From: Bugula neritina
Taxonomy: Eukaryota; Animalia; Bryozoa
DNA: 64,000 nt
Assembly (NCBI GenBank): GCA_964035545.1
Contig: CAXIUT010000042.1
Span: 2,883-66,882, forward strand
Reading direction: 5' to 3'
Part shown: positions 27,279 to 40,006 of the stretch, in pieces
How the letters are laid out: each line of letters begins with the position of its first letter
Position numbering within the stretch: the stretch's first letter is position 1
Position numbers and translations under genes: made by a program
The notes under the pieces: model-generated
The model's input: only the letters and a program-made list of their open reading frames with translations
Told to the model about the DNA's origin: nothing
Databases searched by the model: none

Positions 27279-27612
27279 TCAATCCTGTCCATCTTCCTGT
27301 TTAAGATTTTAAAGCTGAATGATAAAAAAAATACTTCCTTTCGACATTGTTCAAGCTCTTTTCTTAATTTACCATTCTCCTACTTCACTCTTTCAAACTC
27401 AGATTTTAATTTAAGAGTGTCCAACTCTACTGGAGCACCTAAGTTCTTTTTTAAATAATCGATTGAGTTATTAGGCTTATCTCCTTCTTCGTAGAGACCA
27501 ACAAGGGATCTTGTAAGATGGTCAATAACGCCAGTTTTTTAGAGATATTTTCTGAATTCTTCCTTTTTGCTTTATGTGGTCTCAATTAGATAAGAATTAC
27601 CTGGTAGCTCAT
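27279..27612 (-). CDS. MYCBP: c-Myc-binding protein (AMY-1) homolog
   Basis: SKKEEFRKYLEKTGVIDHLTRSLVGLYEEGDKPNNSIDYLKKNLG; two 20-nt introns. Confidence 0.9.
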
Positions 27613-27677
27613 GGGAATATAACTTATATGAGTGATTTGAAGTAGAATAGTAGATTAGCAATAATATTTATTTGTAA

Positions 27678-28132
27678 ATGCCCCGCTCAAAGGCCGTCGC
27701 AAAGAAGAGCTCAGAGAAGCCTTCTAAAAAGAATCTTCACTCCCAGAAGATTGCTCGCAAGACAGCACCTGTCACCACAGGAGTTCGCAAGCATCGTTGG
27801 AGACCAGGGACAGTTGCCCTCAGAGAAATAAAAAAATACCAACGTTCAACCGATCTTCTCATCCAAAAAGCACCCTTCCAACGCAAAGGTAATTAAAATT
27901 TTACTCAGTCAGACATATCCTCAAATCTCTTGGAGCTCTTACTGACAAATCATCAGGACAAGTTGTTCATCGTTTTCAAGCATCAGCTCTCCTTGCCCTC
28001 CAGTAGGCATGTGAAGCAGCAGTGATCAACCTTTTGGAAGATGCTTACCTTTGTACATTCCACGCCAAGAGAAGAACTCTCTTCCCAGCTGATGTTGCTC
28101 TTGCCCGCCGAATTCGAGGCGACAAATATTGA
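27678..28132 (+). CDS. Divergent histone H3 variant, CenH3-like
   Basis: [23 protein letters not shown], histone fold, long loop 1, [30 protein letters not shown]; intron 27889-27908. Confidence 0.9.
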
Positions 28133-28180
28133 AAAACACCATGATCCTCTCATTTCATCATAAATACATATCACTTATCT

Positions 28181-29771
28181 TCAACTAACATCACGTCTAA
28201 TAAACTGTGATAGAACTCCGCCTCCTCCGCTGCCTCCCATATTTGAAAATTCCATTCTTTTTTTTTAAGCATCAAACTGTGATTGCCTTGAGAAACGACT
28301 TTCTCCTTAATTTCTGCTTAGTTCTATTGGTTTTTGATTAACTTGAAGATATTGGTAACCTTTCAGTTGGGATTTCTTTTCGTGTTAATTTTATTGATGG
28401 ATAGGATGCCCAATTCTTTCAAAAGCTTCTGAATTTGAAAGATTTGAATATGATGAGTCCTAAAGAAGTGCATTGACGCCATTTTGATGTTCAGGGATAG
28501 TATATTGGCCTAGGTTTCGAATAATATTGCTGTCATGCATGAATTGCTCAAGAACAGGAGTATTTATTGGCATTAAATTAGTTTAAACTAATTTGATAGC
28601 TGATACTTTAGATGAATAAACATTGTTTACTTTTACCTGAGGTTCCAAAGCTCTTTTTGGAGACTCTTTTTCAGTTTAAATATTTCTTTTCTGCTTAATA
28701 TTTTGTAATGAATGTTTGGTGTGATTTTGATTAAACATGTTTATTCCTTCATGCTCACTTGCAACCCTATCATCAGAAATATATCCCTATTCAACTGATC
28801 TTCTAGGACTAAGATCTCGAACTGGTATTTGAGGCATTTGATAAGAATTAGGATGAATGTAGTTCAAAAATGAAGGTTTATTAAAATTTGTCATTAGATC
28901 ATTTTTACTTAGATATTTTTTATCATAGTTAGAATGCATTTTTGTTCGATCTTATTGAAGACTACCTAAGTATGTCTACTTTTTTAGCTATGTTTTTAAA
29001 ATATTTGATTTGAGAGAAGTTGGAAGGAACAGAGAAGAGATAACTTGTTCATTTTACAATTGATACTAAGGTATACGAAGATAAGCAAGTAGATATTTTG
29101 TTTATGTCTCTTTAATCTCATAATCACTATTATAGTCAATGAATTAAAATATTGCTCTTAATTGATTATCTCCTTAAAAACCCAAAATTTATTTTAATTC
29201 CAACTCATTAAGAAGATATTCTTCTAGAAGAGCGGTTTTCATTTCCTAGTGCTAAGCAATACAGATGCAATTCATTAAAAGTATTTCATTAAGTAGCAAA
29301 AGGACTGTCTATTGAGTATCTTTTTTGGGTAAATCCATTTTTTTCGTGATAGTGTCTCTTATCAAAAGATCTTGGCCTAATTCCATTGAAAAGTGAGGTT
29401 TAAGTAGATTAAGATATGCTAGGTATGTCATTTTTGATTGAGTTGTATTGCTTCCGAATCTTATGAAAAGTCTTAGTATATCCTGATCTTGGATACGTTC
29501 GTTTCCTATGAATTATTTGACATCCTAAATAAAAATAGACATACATAGAGGTCAAGATATCCTTTATTTGTAAGATCTAGAGCTTCAAAGACAGCTTCAG
29601 GAGAGAATTCTTGAGATGAAAATCCACATAATTTCTATTTTATTTTTTAAATCTCATTTAATAACCTAATACTTTGTTCGAAATAGTAATAAGGAGTGTG
29701 AGAATAGAAGCTATTTTTTGATTTCTTTCTTTATTCTGACTTTCTAAGTGAAGGCGCCCCTTGCTGTTCAT
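28181..29771 (-). CDS. EF-hand-like protein with low-complexity C-terminus
   Basis: FSPEAVFEALDLTNKGYLDLYD; two 20-nt introns. Confidence 0.6.
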
Positions 29772-29934
29772 TCTTATATTATTATGCGTTAGAACAATCT
29801 CATATTACATTTTTAGATTAAATAAAACTAAAAGTGACCATCATCTTATCAAAATAAAAATTCATTTGAATTTAAAAAAAGGAAACATAGCTTATGAATA
29901 ATAGTATAGTGTTCTAAATAATATTTGATTTAAT

Positions 29935-30578
29935 ATGAACAAAACTTTATCGATTCGTCGCAAGTAAAAAGATATTTTTAAACTACGTTCAGCCGACTAT
30001 GAAGTGACTTAAACTGAAAATCAATCTACATATCATATTTAGTTCACAGGTATGTTTCAAATCATTTAGGTCCAAAAAATACTCCATATTAAAAAGGCAA
30101 GTGGAGAATAAACCTTTATCTACCTGAATAATACCCATATAAAAGTCCTTCTGTAGGCTTCCTTAATAAAATTTTTCATCCTAATATTGACTATGGGTAA
30201 CTAGATTTTAAATCAGATCAGGATCAGTTTGTCTTGATGTAATAAATCAAACCTGGACTCCCATGTATTAATTAGTTAATATTTTTTAAGTATTTCTTTT
30301 ATAACTAGATTTTTCTGCCTCAACTACTAACTTACCCTAATCCTGCTTCACCTTTGAACCATGACGCAGCTGAACTATTTGAAAAAAATGTGGAAGGGTA
30401 TAATAAAAAAGTCAAATAAATAGTCAATAAATATGCTTTGAATAAGTAATTTAAAGAATAAGGAGAAGCTATTGAGATTGAATAATCTAAATAAGAAAAC
30501 AGTTTTGAGGAAGGAAGCTGTTCTCTTTCAGAAGGTAATTCTCCTTTATCATCTGACAATGAGCTCAACTTTTATTGA
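29935..30578 (+). CDS. UBE2H: Ubiquitin-conjugating enzyme E2 H / Ubc8
   Basis: [49 protein letters not shown]; three tiny introns. Confidence 0.92.
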
Positions 30579-30708
30579 TTATTGCTATCTTACTAAATTT
30601 TATTTTATCAATAGAATATCAATGATTTTTAAAGATTGATTCAAAGTTTTAAAGATAGTTTTCTGGTTTATTATTGCTTGACAATATAATAAACTAACTT
30701 ATTTGAAT

Positions 30709-31849
30709 ATGAACTCGGACCAGTTCAACCTTCTTCTTAATAAACTATAAAAACTACAAAAAGAAAGGTAAAAAGAAGATGTAGGACCTCCTCTTAAACA
30801 CTAACCTGAAAGAGCTCATTCGAAATCTAAGCGTAATAACAATCAATCTCGTTATCCCAATGATATACTTAAGTATGATGTAACTGAAACTCTGGGAGCA
30901 GGTACTTTTGGACGAGTTAAGCAGGTAATTGGACCTAATAAATAAGTACTAGCTCTTAAACAAATTTCTAAATCTCATATTATCAATCTCAAACAAGTGG
31001 AACATATTAAATTGTAGAAAAAGATATTAAGTGAGCTAAATCATCCTTTTATTTACTCTTTAAAGACAGCTTTCCAAGATGAGACATTTATTTACATGAT
31101 ATTTTAGTTCTGTTCAGGAGGATAGCTTTTTAATCGATTGAGAAAGGATGGTCGCTTTAGCAATGATGTGGCTATGTTCTATATTTGTGAAATATTGCTT
31201 GCTATTTGCTATATGCATGAGAAAAATATCATTTACAGAGACCTTAAACCTGAAAATCTCCTCATTGATAAAGAAGGACACATGAAAATTGCTGACTTTG
31301 GATTTGCTAAAAAACTGAATAATGATCGTACTTTTACTCTTTGTGGTACTCCAGAGTATCTAGCTCCTTAAATCATTCTTGGTTCTAAATAGGGTTATGG
31401 GAAAAGTGCAGACTGGTGGGCTTTAGGGATACTTGTTTATTAGTTACTAACTGGGTATTTCTTTTATAATTTAGTCATCCACCATTCTACGATATGAAGC
31501 CAATAGGAATTTATCAAAAAATTCTTAAAGGAATAATTTAATTTCCTGCTTTTTTGAGTCTTCGTTCAAAGGACTTGATTCGAAAGCTTTTAAATCCAGA
31601 AGTAAGATATCGAGTTGGAGTAGCTGATGTATAATAATTTATAAATAGAATGGAGTTTCAATTAAAAGTCATAAGTGGTTTCGAGGAGTTGATTGGGAGG
31701 CAGTTCACTAAAGAAGAATTCCTGCTCCTTGGGTGCCATATCTTCGTAGTTAAACAGATATTTGTTGGTTTGATAAGATACCAGATACTCCAAGAAACCA
31801 AAATGATCCAATTACTGAAGAACAACAAGACCTGTTTGCTGATTTTTGA
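30709..31849 (+). CDS. PKA catalytic subunit/PRKX-like AGC kinase
   Basis: [44 protein letters not shown]-terminal FADF; two introns. Confidence 0.93.
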
Positions 31850-31971
31850 CCAGGAATAAAATGATTAATCTTAAGTTATTTAGATTTCTATCTATGTTAT
31901 TTAAAGTTAACTATTACTTTTCAAGTAAAAATATCTCCTGATTAATAATATTTATAAGTGCTAGAAATCAA

Positions 31972-32626
31972 ATGGGAAACATATGCGCAAATAATTTTGA
32001 GAGATAAGAAGAAGAGTAAACCATAGATACCTATAAGAACTAGATCCATTTGTAAGTTCAACTAGGATTATTTTGTTCCATTTCTTTAGTGCTTGGTAAA
32101 AATAACTCTATTAAGGACACTACAGACAACAAGAAAGTGATTCTTTATTAGTATTTACTGAACTAAGGCATATATAAAATTGCGACCCTGTTAGAGAATT
32201 CATTTCTTAGCCTTAAAAGTTGATAGAAACAATCAATAAAATGCGCAGTATTTTCATTCCCACTAAGAAAGCTTTTATATCATTAACATAGCCAAGAATT
32301 CATCATACAAAAAGCTTCTTTTATGCGTTCTTCCTATCTACAGTAGTTAAGAACAAGAAGATTATAAAGTTTAAGTTAGAAATATAATGAGATAAGCTTT
32401 GGAAAGTAGTCCCTAAATAACATTATAAATGCTCAACACAATTGAAGGAGTTCATGGTTTACCAAATCAACTATTATTGAGAGAGTTGCTTCAGTAATTG
32501 ATTAAAATGAATAAAAAAAATCAGATTTATTTGATAACTACATAAAAGAAAATGTTAGATATGTATAGATACGAGATCATCAATACATAAGCATACACTA
32601 TTAAGGATAATCCACATGATTTATGA
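31972..32626 (+). CDS. Putatively acylated (MGNIC) macro-domain-like protein
   Basis: Two 20-nt introns (32096-32115, about 32248-32267) give one frame; ISLVLGHYRQQESDSLLVF resembles macro start. Confidence 0.5.
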
Positions 32627-32720
32627 TTTTTCATTGAAAATCAAAACATAATACAATACTTTAAAAATTACTTTAAATATGAAAAATAGTATAAAAATTG
32701 AACTTAAATTTTGCTTTAAA

Positions 32721-33417
32721 TCAACTTGTAACATCAAAAGCAAGCCTAGCCATAACTTTATCACCGATTCTTGCAAATCCTTCACATTTATCACCATTCT
32801 GAACAGGTGCTACTCCATCAGGAGAACCAGTTAATATTAAATCTCCTTATTAAAATTTAATATATCGGCTCACATAGCTTATCAGTTCATCTATTTTAAA
32901 ATGCATGTTTTTAGGGCTTTCTTTTTGTCTAGTTTGACCATTTACCTAACTATCCTAGTATTTACAATCATCTCAAGTTCAATAGAATAGGGATCAATTT
33001 CTTTATCGATCATATCTGAGACAGGGCAGAAATTGTCCTGACCTTTTGATAATGCCCAAGGCAATCCTTTAGATTTCTCTTCATTTTGAAAAGCTAAATT
33101 AAAAAAAAATTACTTCGATCTGTAAAGTCGATTCCAAGAAAATAACCTCCAATATATGAAAAAGCTTCTTCTTTTGGTATATGACTTCCTGCTTTATTTA
33201 TGAAGATTCCTAATTCTAATTAATGATCAACTCGATGAATTTTTGAAGTGGGTAAATGCACCTTTTAAGGTTGATAACAAATAGAAGACCAGGGTTTAAA
33301 GAAGATGACAGGATCTTTAAGAGGTTCAGCTCCACCCATTTCTTTTATATGTTTGATATAGTTTTTACCAATTCCTATTATCTTAGGATATTTTTTTACT
33401 ATGTTTGCTTGGTACAT
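32721..33417 (-). CDS. FAHD1: Fumarylacetoacetate hydrolase domain protein
   Basis: KIIGIGKNYIKHIKEM, HELELG, GLPWALSKGQDNFCPVS, EEGDLILTGSP. Confidence 0.92.
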
Positions 33418-33487
33418 GATTTATATCAAAATTATTTTATTGATAATAAATTATATCTATTACTGTAAAAGGATCATTTAGATTGTT

Positions 33488-33979
33488 TCAAACAATTGGA
33501 GGTGTTTTATTGGGGAAGCTATTGATTCCATTTTGCATGAATAGATCTTTTAGGTTGCTGCAAGGTAGATAAGTTTATTCAAGCTTCCAATATCCTGTTA
33601 GTTAAATTCTTTAGTTTTTAGTTTATAAAACAACAAAATATGTAGTCTGACAATGAATTTGCCATAAGCATGATTGTTCTTCTAAAGCGATTCCAAAGAT
33701 TTAATTGTAAGCAACAGTATATTATTCAGGACAGCAGCAGTCACATGATCCACGATAAGTCAAAATATGAAGTTATCTTCTGTTGTTATCTAAAGTTAAT
33801 TTTGATTCTCTTAGTTAGAAATAGGCCATCCCACAAGTTAATGGACAAATGTACATCAAAAATTATTCTCTGCAGAGAAGGTCAAATGAAAATACTTGAG
33901 TTTAATTAACCCTTCCAGGCACCATATTGCGTTCAGAAGGGGGACCTTGTTGTTATTTCGGATTTGTCTGATTTATCAT
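33488..33979 (-). CDS. Hypothetical Cys-rich protein
   Basis: 163-aa frame, CPLTCG, GSCDCCCP. Confidence 0.55.
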
Positions 33980-34117
33980 TTTATCAAATTATATTAAAGA
34001 GATCTATCAAGTATTATATATTTAATAATAGTGAATTATATTGAGTCAATTTCTAATTAAATAATTTATCATAATTTTTAATTAAAAATTAGAATTAAAA
34101 TAATTTTATGACTTTAA

Positions 34118-35362
34118 TCAGAAATTATTTTGTTTTTACAAGAGTTCAATTTCGATATTATTCTATTTTTTTTCAGGTACTTGTTAAGAAATAAATTTTA
34201 GAGCTACTTAGCGAAGAATCCATAAGAGAATTGCTCCAAAAGTAAGAGAAAATAATAGCATATTCACATGAATATAATGCATGAGAAGTCCTACAAACAT
34301 AGTAATCACTCCTTAAGATATGACTGCTGCTGTACCAATGTTAGTTGCTTGATGGTCATCAATAGTAAGACCTCCTTCAATTGGAAAGGAAAATATTAAA
34401 GGGAAAATAGATGACATACTTAGTCCGAATAAAATTGAACTTACAAAACAAGTCAATGTAGGAAAACCCATTTATACCAATAGAATTGAGATAATTCCAG
34501 TAAGTATATTTCCTCCAACTAATAATTTCAGTTTGTAGTGACTTTGACCAGGAGCAAAGGCTAAGATGAATCGAAATAGAGTGATTCCAATCCAAAAGAT
34601 ACTTGGGAAAAGTGTTGCACCAGAGCTGTTTGTTACTCCAGTTAGGACAGCAAAAGATGAAATCCAGCCTCCAAAAGTGCACTCTACTCCAACATATAAA
34701 AATATCATAAAAGATAGAATATATTCCAATTTTTGACTAATTGGTAATCCTTTATGTTAATTATCTTTGTGTTCAGTTTATTTTTGATATTTAAATCCAC
34801 TATTTTATGGTGTTTTTTTGCAAAGATAAAATGGAACAAGAATACAAATAATACTACCAAAAACTAGAAAGCTGTTTGTTTAGAAGATGTAGACGAAAAG
34901 AGGTGATAAAAGAGCTCCCACTCCAAAGGCTCCATGACCTATAAGCATCCAATATTCAAGTTATTAGATAGGACTAATCAAAAGAATACACATATTTAAT
35001 AGAACTTAAAATACAGATAATCCAACGCTATTGAAGAACATCCAAGTGCCTAACCAAAATGATGAAAGAGTAAAATTCATTAATACAGAAAAAGTAAATA
35101 TGGTTAAAGCTCCGAATGCTAGAATATTATGATATGCAAATTCTTTTTTTTGTAAAATTTTGATGATAACAGCTCCTAAGAGCATACCTCCAGATCGACA
35201 ACTGAAGAGAAAGGAGTATTATGTTTATATGATTCCTGTTTCTACAGTCAAATAGGGAATCAATGATCCTAGTCCTATTATATTAACTCCATAAAAAGCC
35301 ATACTGAGACAGTAGAGTAAGAAATAACTAAGATGCTAGGGATGTTTTGTAGATTGGGGCAT
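34118..35362 (-). CDS. MFS transporter (MFSD4/FucP-like)
   Basis: About 12 TM helices; GLGSLIPY, HGAFGVGALLSP, YVGVECTFGGW, FWIGITLFR. Confidence 0.88.
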
Positions 35363-35449
35363 TTGCTTTTTATTTATATTAAATCAACTTTCAAATTAAG
35401 ATCTATTATCACTTCAATATACTAATAACTTGGCTAGTATACACTTCAA

Positions 35450-37784
35450 ATGAACACTCATCCCTGTCGACAACAAAATTGTCATGCCAATGAATAGATC
35501 TTTGGAGTATGCCTAGAACAAGCTTGTGAATACCATCCCCAAGTTTGTAGAAACTGTTTAGCTGATCTTCATAAGGGACATCTGGTCATCTCTTTTGAAT
35601 ATCTCCAGAAAACCTTGCCAAATGAAATTCAGGTTGAACAATCAGAGGAGCATTAAAGCTTATTTCTTCAGGAGGAAGGAATGTTGACAAAATTGGTTGA
35701 AAACGTACTTTTTTGCTAGTTTAGTCATGTAGATCCTTGGTTGAAACATCTGAAAAAATGTGTGAAAACATCTATAAAGAAGAAAATCTGCATAAAATGT
35801 TCTATAAATATCTAAAGGGTACAAAAATAACTGAAATGATCAAATAGCTTAAGTATTCAAAATGCCTCCATCCTGAACAATTGAAATCTTATTTGAAAAC
35901 AATCAGAACTTATTATTTTGAAGGAGGTTATTAAAAAAATGAGGTGAAACAGGATGAAGTTGTCCTCCAAAAACATATTGAACAAATATTTGAATAAGCT
36001 TAATATCAAATTAAAGATGTAATTAATAACTTAGACAAAAATATTCACAACTATCTTTCCAGAAGTAGCAATAGTGAACCTATGGTCAAGTAAGAGGAAG
36101 TATAAAGCCCTCCATTTATTTTCAAAGGAGTGAATTAATCTATTAAAATGATAGAAGAAAATCTAACAAAGATTAATGCTCAAATTAGAGTAAAAAAACA
36201 GCGCAAAGAAATGATTCCTGAAGAAGGTTAAAAATAAGAACTTCGTCGATTTAATCTAGTTAGAAATAAAAATTAGGCTGAAGAAAAAGTAATTTTAAGA
36301 GAAACTAGAGAATCAAAAATAGGAATCTTACTTTTTTATATTGATATCGGTCGAATAAAAGAGCTAACTCTAATAAATAATGCTACTCCTTGTCTCATTA
36401 ATGCAAAATTAGCTCAACATATTGGATAAATGGTGAACTTAAGAGTTTTGAGAATCTTTTGGACAAGAGATCTAGAAGAAATAATAGTCTGCAGAATGTT
36501 AAAAAAACTTACAGATCTGGAAGAGCTTTGTCTTTGTGAATTCGATGATTGCAATGAACTTATGGTTGATTCCATTAAAATAAATAATCCTAAACTAAGA
36601 AAGTTATGCTTCAGCTTAGATATTCACCATTTTCTCAGATATTCTGAAGAAAACCTTGAATTTATGCCAGATTGTGCATTCTATTTTCAAAATGAATAAA
36701 TTTCGATTGGCCTTTCAAGTGGTTTGAAGAATTTAGCTACATTAGAACTACATCATCCAGAAAATTAATTTTATTGGATTGGTTATATAAAAAAATATGG
36801 AAATCAACTCTCTTAATTCACTTTATCCAATATAGATCAAACTGATGGTTCAGTCGAATCAAGATGCAACAAAGATTTTGATTATAGTCCATTGATTAAG
36901 GCTTTAGAGAATAGTAAGAGACTTAAATGCCTTCGTTTTGAACGTATTATTAAGTATATTTAGAAGTTCACTTTGAATAAAACTTTCTTTTGAAGGTTAT
37001 TAAGAATAATCCCCAACTTTAAACTTTTATGGCCAATGAATGTTCTTCAATAAAAAGAAATACGTATGAACTTCTGAGTACAAACGCTACTCATCTTGAA
37101 GAATTTTGTGTTCAGATGGATGATAAATTTTCCATTGAAAGTATTGCTCAATTGAAGTCTTTAAAAACTTTGGTTATCAGTATTTATTAATCTATTTAGG
37201 AGGATGTTGGGGAGTTAAAGAAAATAAGTTTATCGAAGTGATTCAACTTTTCAAAAAGATCAAATGTTTGATTTTAGGTATTGATATCTTTATCAAGATC
37301 ATAATAGAGAGTGGTTTACTTTCAAAACATTGAAAGTTTTGGGAAAGCTTTCTGATCTAAAGGTGCTTAATATAAGTAAAAAATATTTGACATAGGTGGC
37401 AATAATCTCAAAAAAAAAGATATTGAATGTCTGAAATCAGTTCCATACCTCAATACTCTGATTTGTCATAGCAATTGCTTCGATTTTACTGACTTAGTAG
37501 ACTTTTCTTTCGCTAAAACTTTGAAAAAGATATCAATTGGAAAGAATATTGATATTTATAAGGAAGGAAATTTCTAAAAGATTCAAATAAAGATATTAGT
37601 GGAAAATTTTCCTTGTCTAACTCATCTGAAATTGAGAGGATTCAAGGGCATAAAGTGCTAATTTTTGGAATTATTGGTGCGTTTGATTTGTTTGACTATT
37701 GTTGAAGGTATAACCTACGATATTTCGATGGCAAAAAAGTTCTGTAAGCAGAAAGGAATCTACTTTAATGAGAACTCTGATTGA
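35450..37784 (+). CDS. B-box-like zinc finger + coiled coil + LRR protein
   Basis: CRQQNCH..CLEQAC..VCRNCLADLHKGH; multiple LxxLxL repeats; five ~20-nt introns. Confidence 0.75.
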
Positions 37785-37849
37785 TTATCATCCATTAAAT
37801 AATAATAATCATGATTAAATATCAAGTTTTATTTATCATGGAAGCCATA

Positions 37850-37924
37850 GGGGTTGGGGTTGGGGTTGGGGTTGGGGTTGGGGTTGGGGTTGGGGTTGGG
37901 GTTGGGGTTGGGGTTGGGGTTGGG
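37850..37924 (+). repeat. Telomeric repeat tract (GGGGTT)12GGG
   Basis: Perfect G4T2 array, 75 nt. Confidence 0.97.
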
Positions 37925-38325
37925 TCTGTAATTGTCTTTTAAAGGAAATTTTACTGTTAAAGATGAATTTAATTGATGACATTTTCTTTAAAATTATTTT
38001 CATAGATTTAAACATTGTATGAGTAGCTGTAATTATTTGCACTTGATTAATATTAAACTTCAGCTATTTCAACAGGCGGTTCAACAATTTCTCTTTATTG
38101 AAAAGAGCTTTATTCATTTATTCTGTCTTAATTGTCTTTTTTATTTTATTTATATTGATTCTTTGCTTATTACGATATTTATTTATGTTCATTTGTTACT
38201 GACTCCTCTTTACAGTTAGGATCTATCTTCTTTTAATTGTTTTTAAGAATTTGAAGTTCTTAAGAATCTGAGGAAATGTCTATGAAAGTTGTGGGAGCTT
38301 TTTTTTTAAGGTAATTTTCCAGCAT
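37925..38325 (-). CDS. Acidic hypothetical protein, 3'-truncated at telomere tract
   Basis: MLENYLKKKAPTTFIDISSDSEE...LEKTITDP runs into the tract with no TGA. Confidence 0.55.
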
Positions 38326-38977
38326 TTTTATTTTATAAATATGGAGGTTAATCTTAGATTTTAAATTAAGGAACTTATTTAAATAAAAGCTAAAATCAAT
38401 TTTTATAATTTTAAAACTAAAAATAGGAAAAAATCATTTGATGCTATATTTAGCAAAATATTTGAAAAAGAGTTTAATTTGTTAAATCTAAAGTTTTTTT
38501 GTTATCCGTACTAAGAGATAAAGTAAAGTAAAAAGATAAGGTGAAGATGGTGTTTTTAAAAGTTATATTTTAACGAAAAAATGGGCCATGATTTCTTTGA
38601 TTTTGAGTTTCAGCAAAGGCAATGATAATTTTCTTGAAATTTTATTTATATTTTTGATTAATTTTGTCTATTCTTGAATTATGGCGGATGTTTTTACTTT
38701 TTTAAAATCTTTAATATCATCTATAACAATCAAAAGGGACTTTTCTTTAAGGTGTTCAATTTAAAAGAGTTTATTTTTATTTTTCTTGTCCAATAAAGTT
38801 TTAATAAAAGTATCTTTCGAGATCTATTTTTTCTATATAAAGTTTGATTTTGAGGATACTTCAGGATAATATATCAATCGATTGTTTTAGTATTAGTGAA
38901 GAAAGATATTTTATTAATTATTTTTCATTCAAGCTGTCTATATTTAAATAATCATAAACAAATATCACTTTTTTATG

Positions 38978-39814
38978 TCATAATTTAGGATTTATTTTAA
39001 AATGATTCGAAAAAGGGTTTAAAAGTTAAATTTTAGCCTAAGGACTTTTAATCAAACTTACTTCTAGTTCTTTATCTGATGATTTTTGGTAGTCTTTTTT
39101 AAGCTTGCAAATTTATTTTATTTAATCGATTCGATTACTAGAACCAGTTGTAATAAATTATTAATCTCCAACTTTTAAAGTCCGCGTTTACTTGGGTTTC
39201 TAATTTTGATATTTCTGATATTTTATCATATTTTGTGCAAAATAAGTGCAGCCATCAGTCAAAGAGCAATCAATAACTGTCCCTTCACCTGTTTGAGAAC
39301 GTTGATGTAAAGCTTTTAAAGCTCCTGTTATTCCAAGAGAAGCTGAAACAAAATCAGCAAGATAATTTGAAGGGAATTCGTACTTTTTAGTTTTATTTAT
39401 TAAGGGTACTATTCCACTGACGGAAATATAGTTTAAATCATGACCTGGTCGAAGTTTATTGGAAGTATTTTGACCATATCCACTAACTCTTAATAAAATG
39501 ATTCTTTTGTTAAGTTAAAATAGTTATTTTGGTCCCAATTTTAACTTTTAAAGAATACCAGGACGATAAGGATCTATTACTATATCTGCAGTTTTTAAAA
39601 GTTCTTTTAAGCTTATCATTTATGATTCTTTTTTAAAGTTCATTTTGATACAAGTTTTATTGCGGTTGAGAATGTTATCTTCGAATGGAATTGCGATAGG
39701 AGCACTTTCAGTACGAGCTACAAATGTTACTTTTGCTCCTTGATCAGCAAAGTATAACCCACAGAAGACACTTGGTGCAAGTCCTTAGAACTCTATCACT
39801 TTCAGTTTGTTCAT
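38978..39814 (-). CDS. CoA-transferase family III (AMACR/CaiB-like), short form
   Basis: KVIEFEGLAP, LNRNK, DPYRPGILEKL, GYGQ, GHDLNYISVSG, NYLADF; ends PKL. Confidence 0.85.
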
Positions 39815-40006
39815 AAATATCTTTATAATTTTAATAAAAACATTGAAAACATCCAAAATAAAAAGATTTTGACCATCTAATCATCTCAAGGATACTTTGA
39901 ACAGTATTTTGATCAAAGATATTGAAAGATTGCTTCAAAGGAAAAGTTGAAGTTCCATTGGGACATTATTGTGCCAAAAATCTAAATTCAAATTTGGTAA
40001 TATTAG

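Noticed and set aside
37836-38042. Poly-QP ORF (and poly-GL ORF at 45533-45763)
   Set aside because: Translations of telomeric repeats
38400-38930. Possible small minus-strand gene
   Set aside because: No consistent start, intron and stop model could be built by eye
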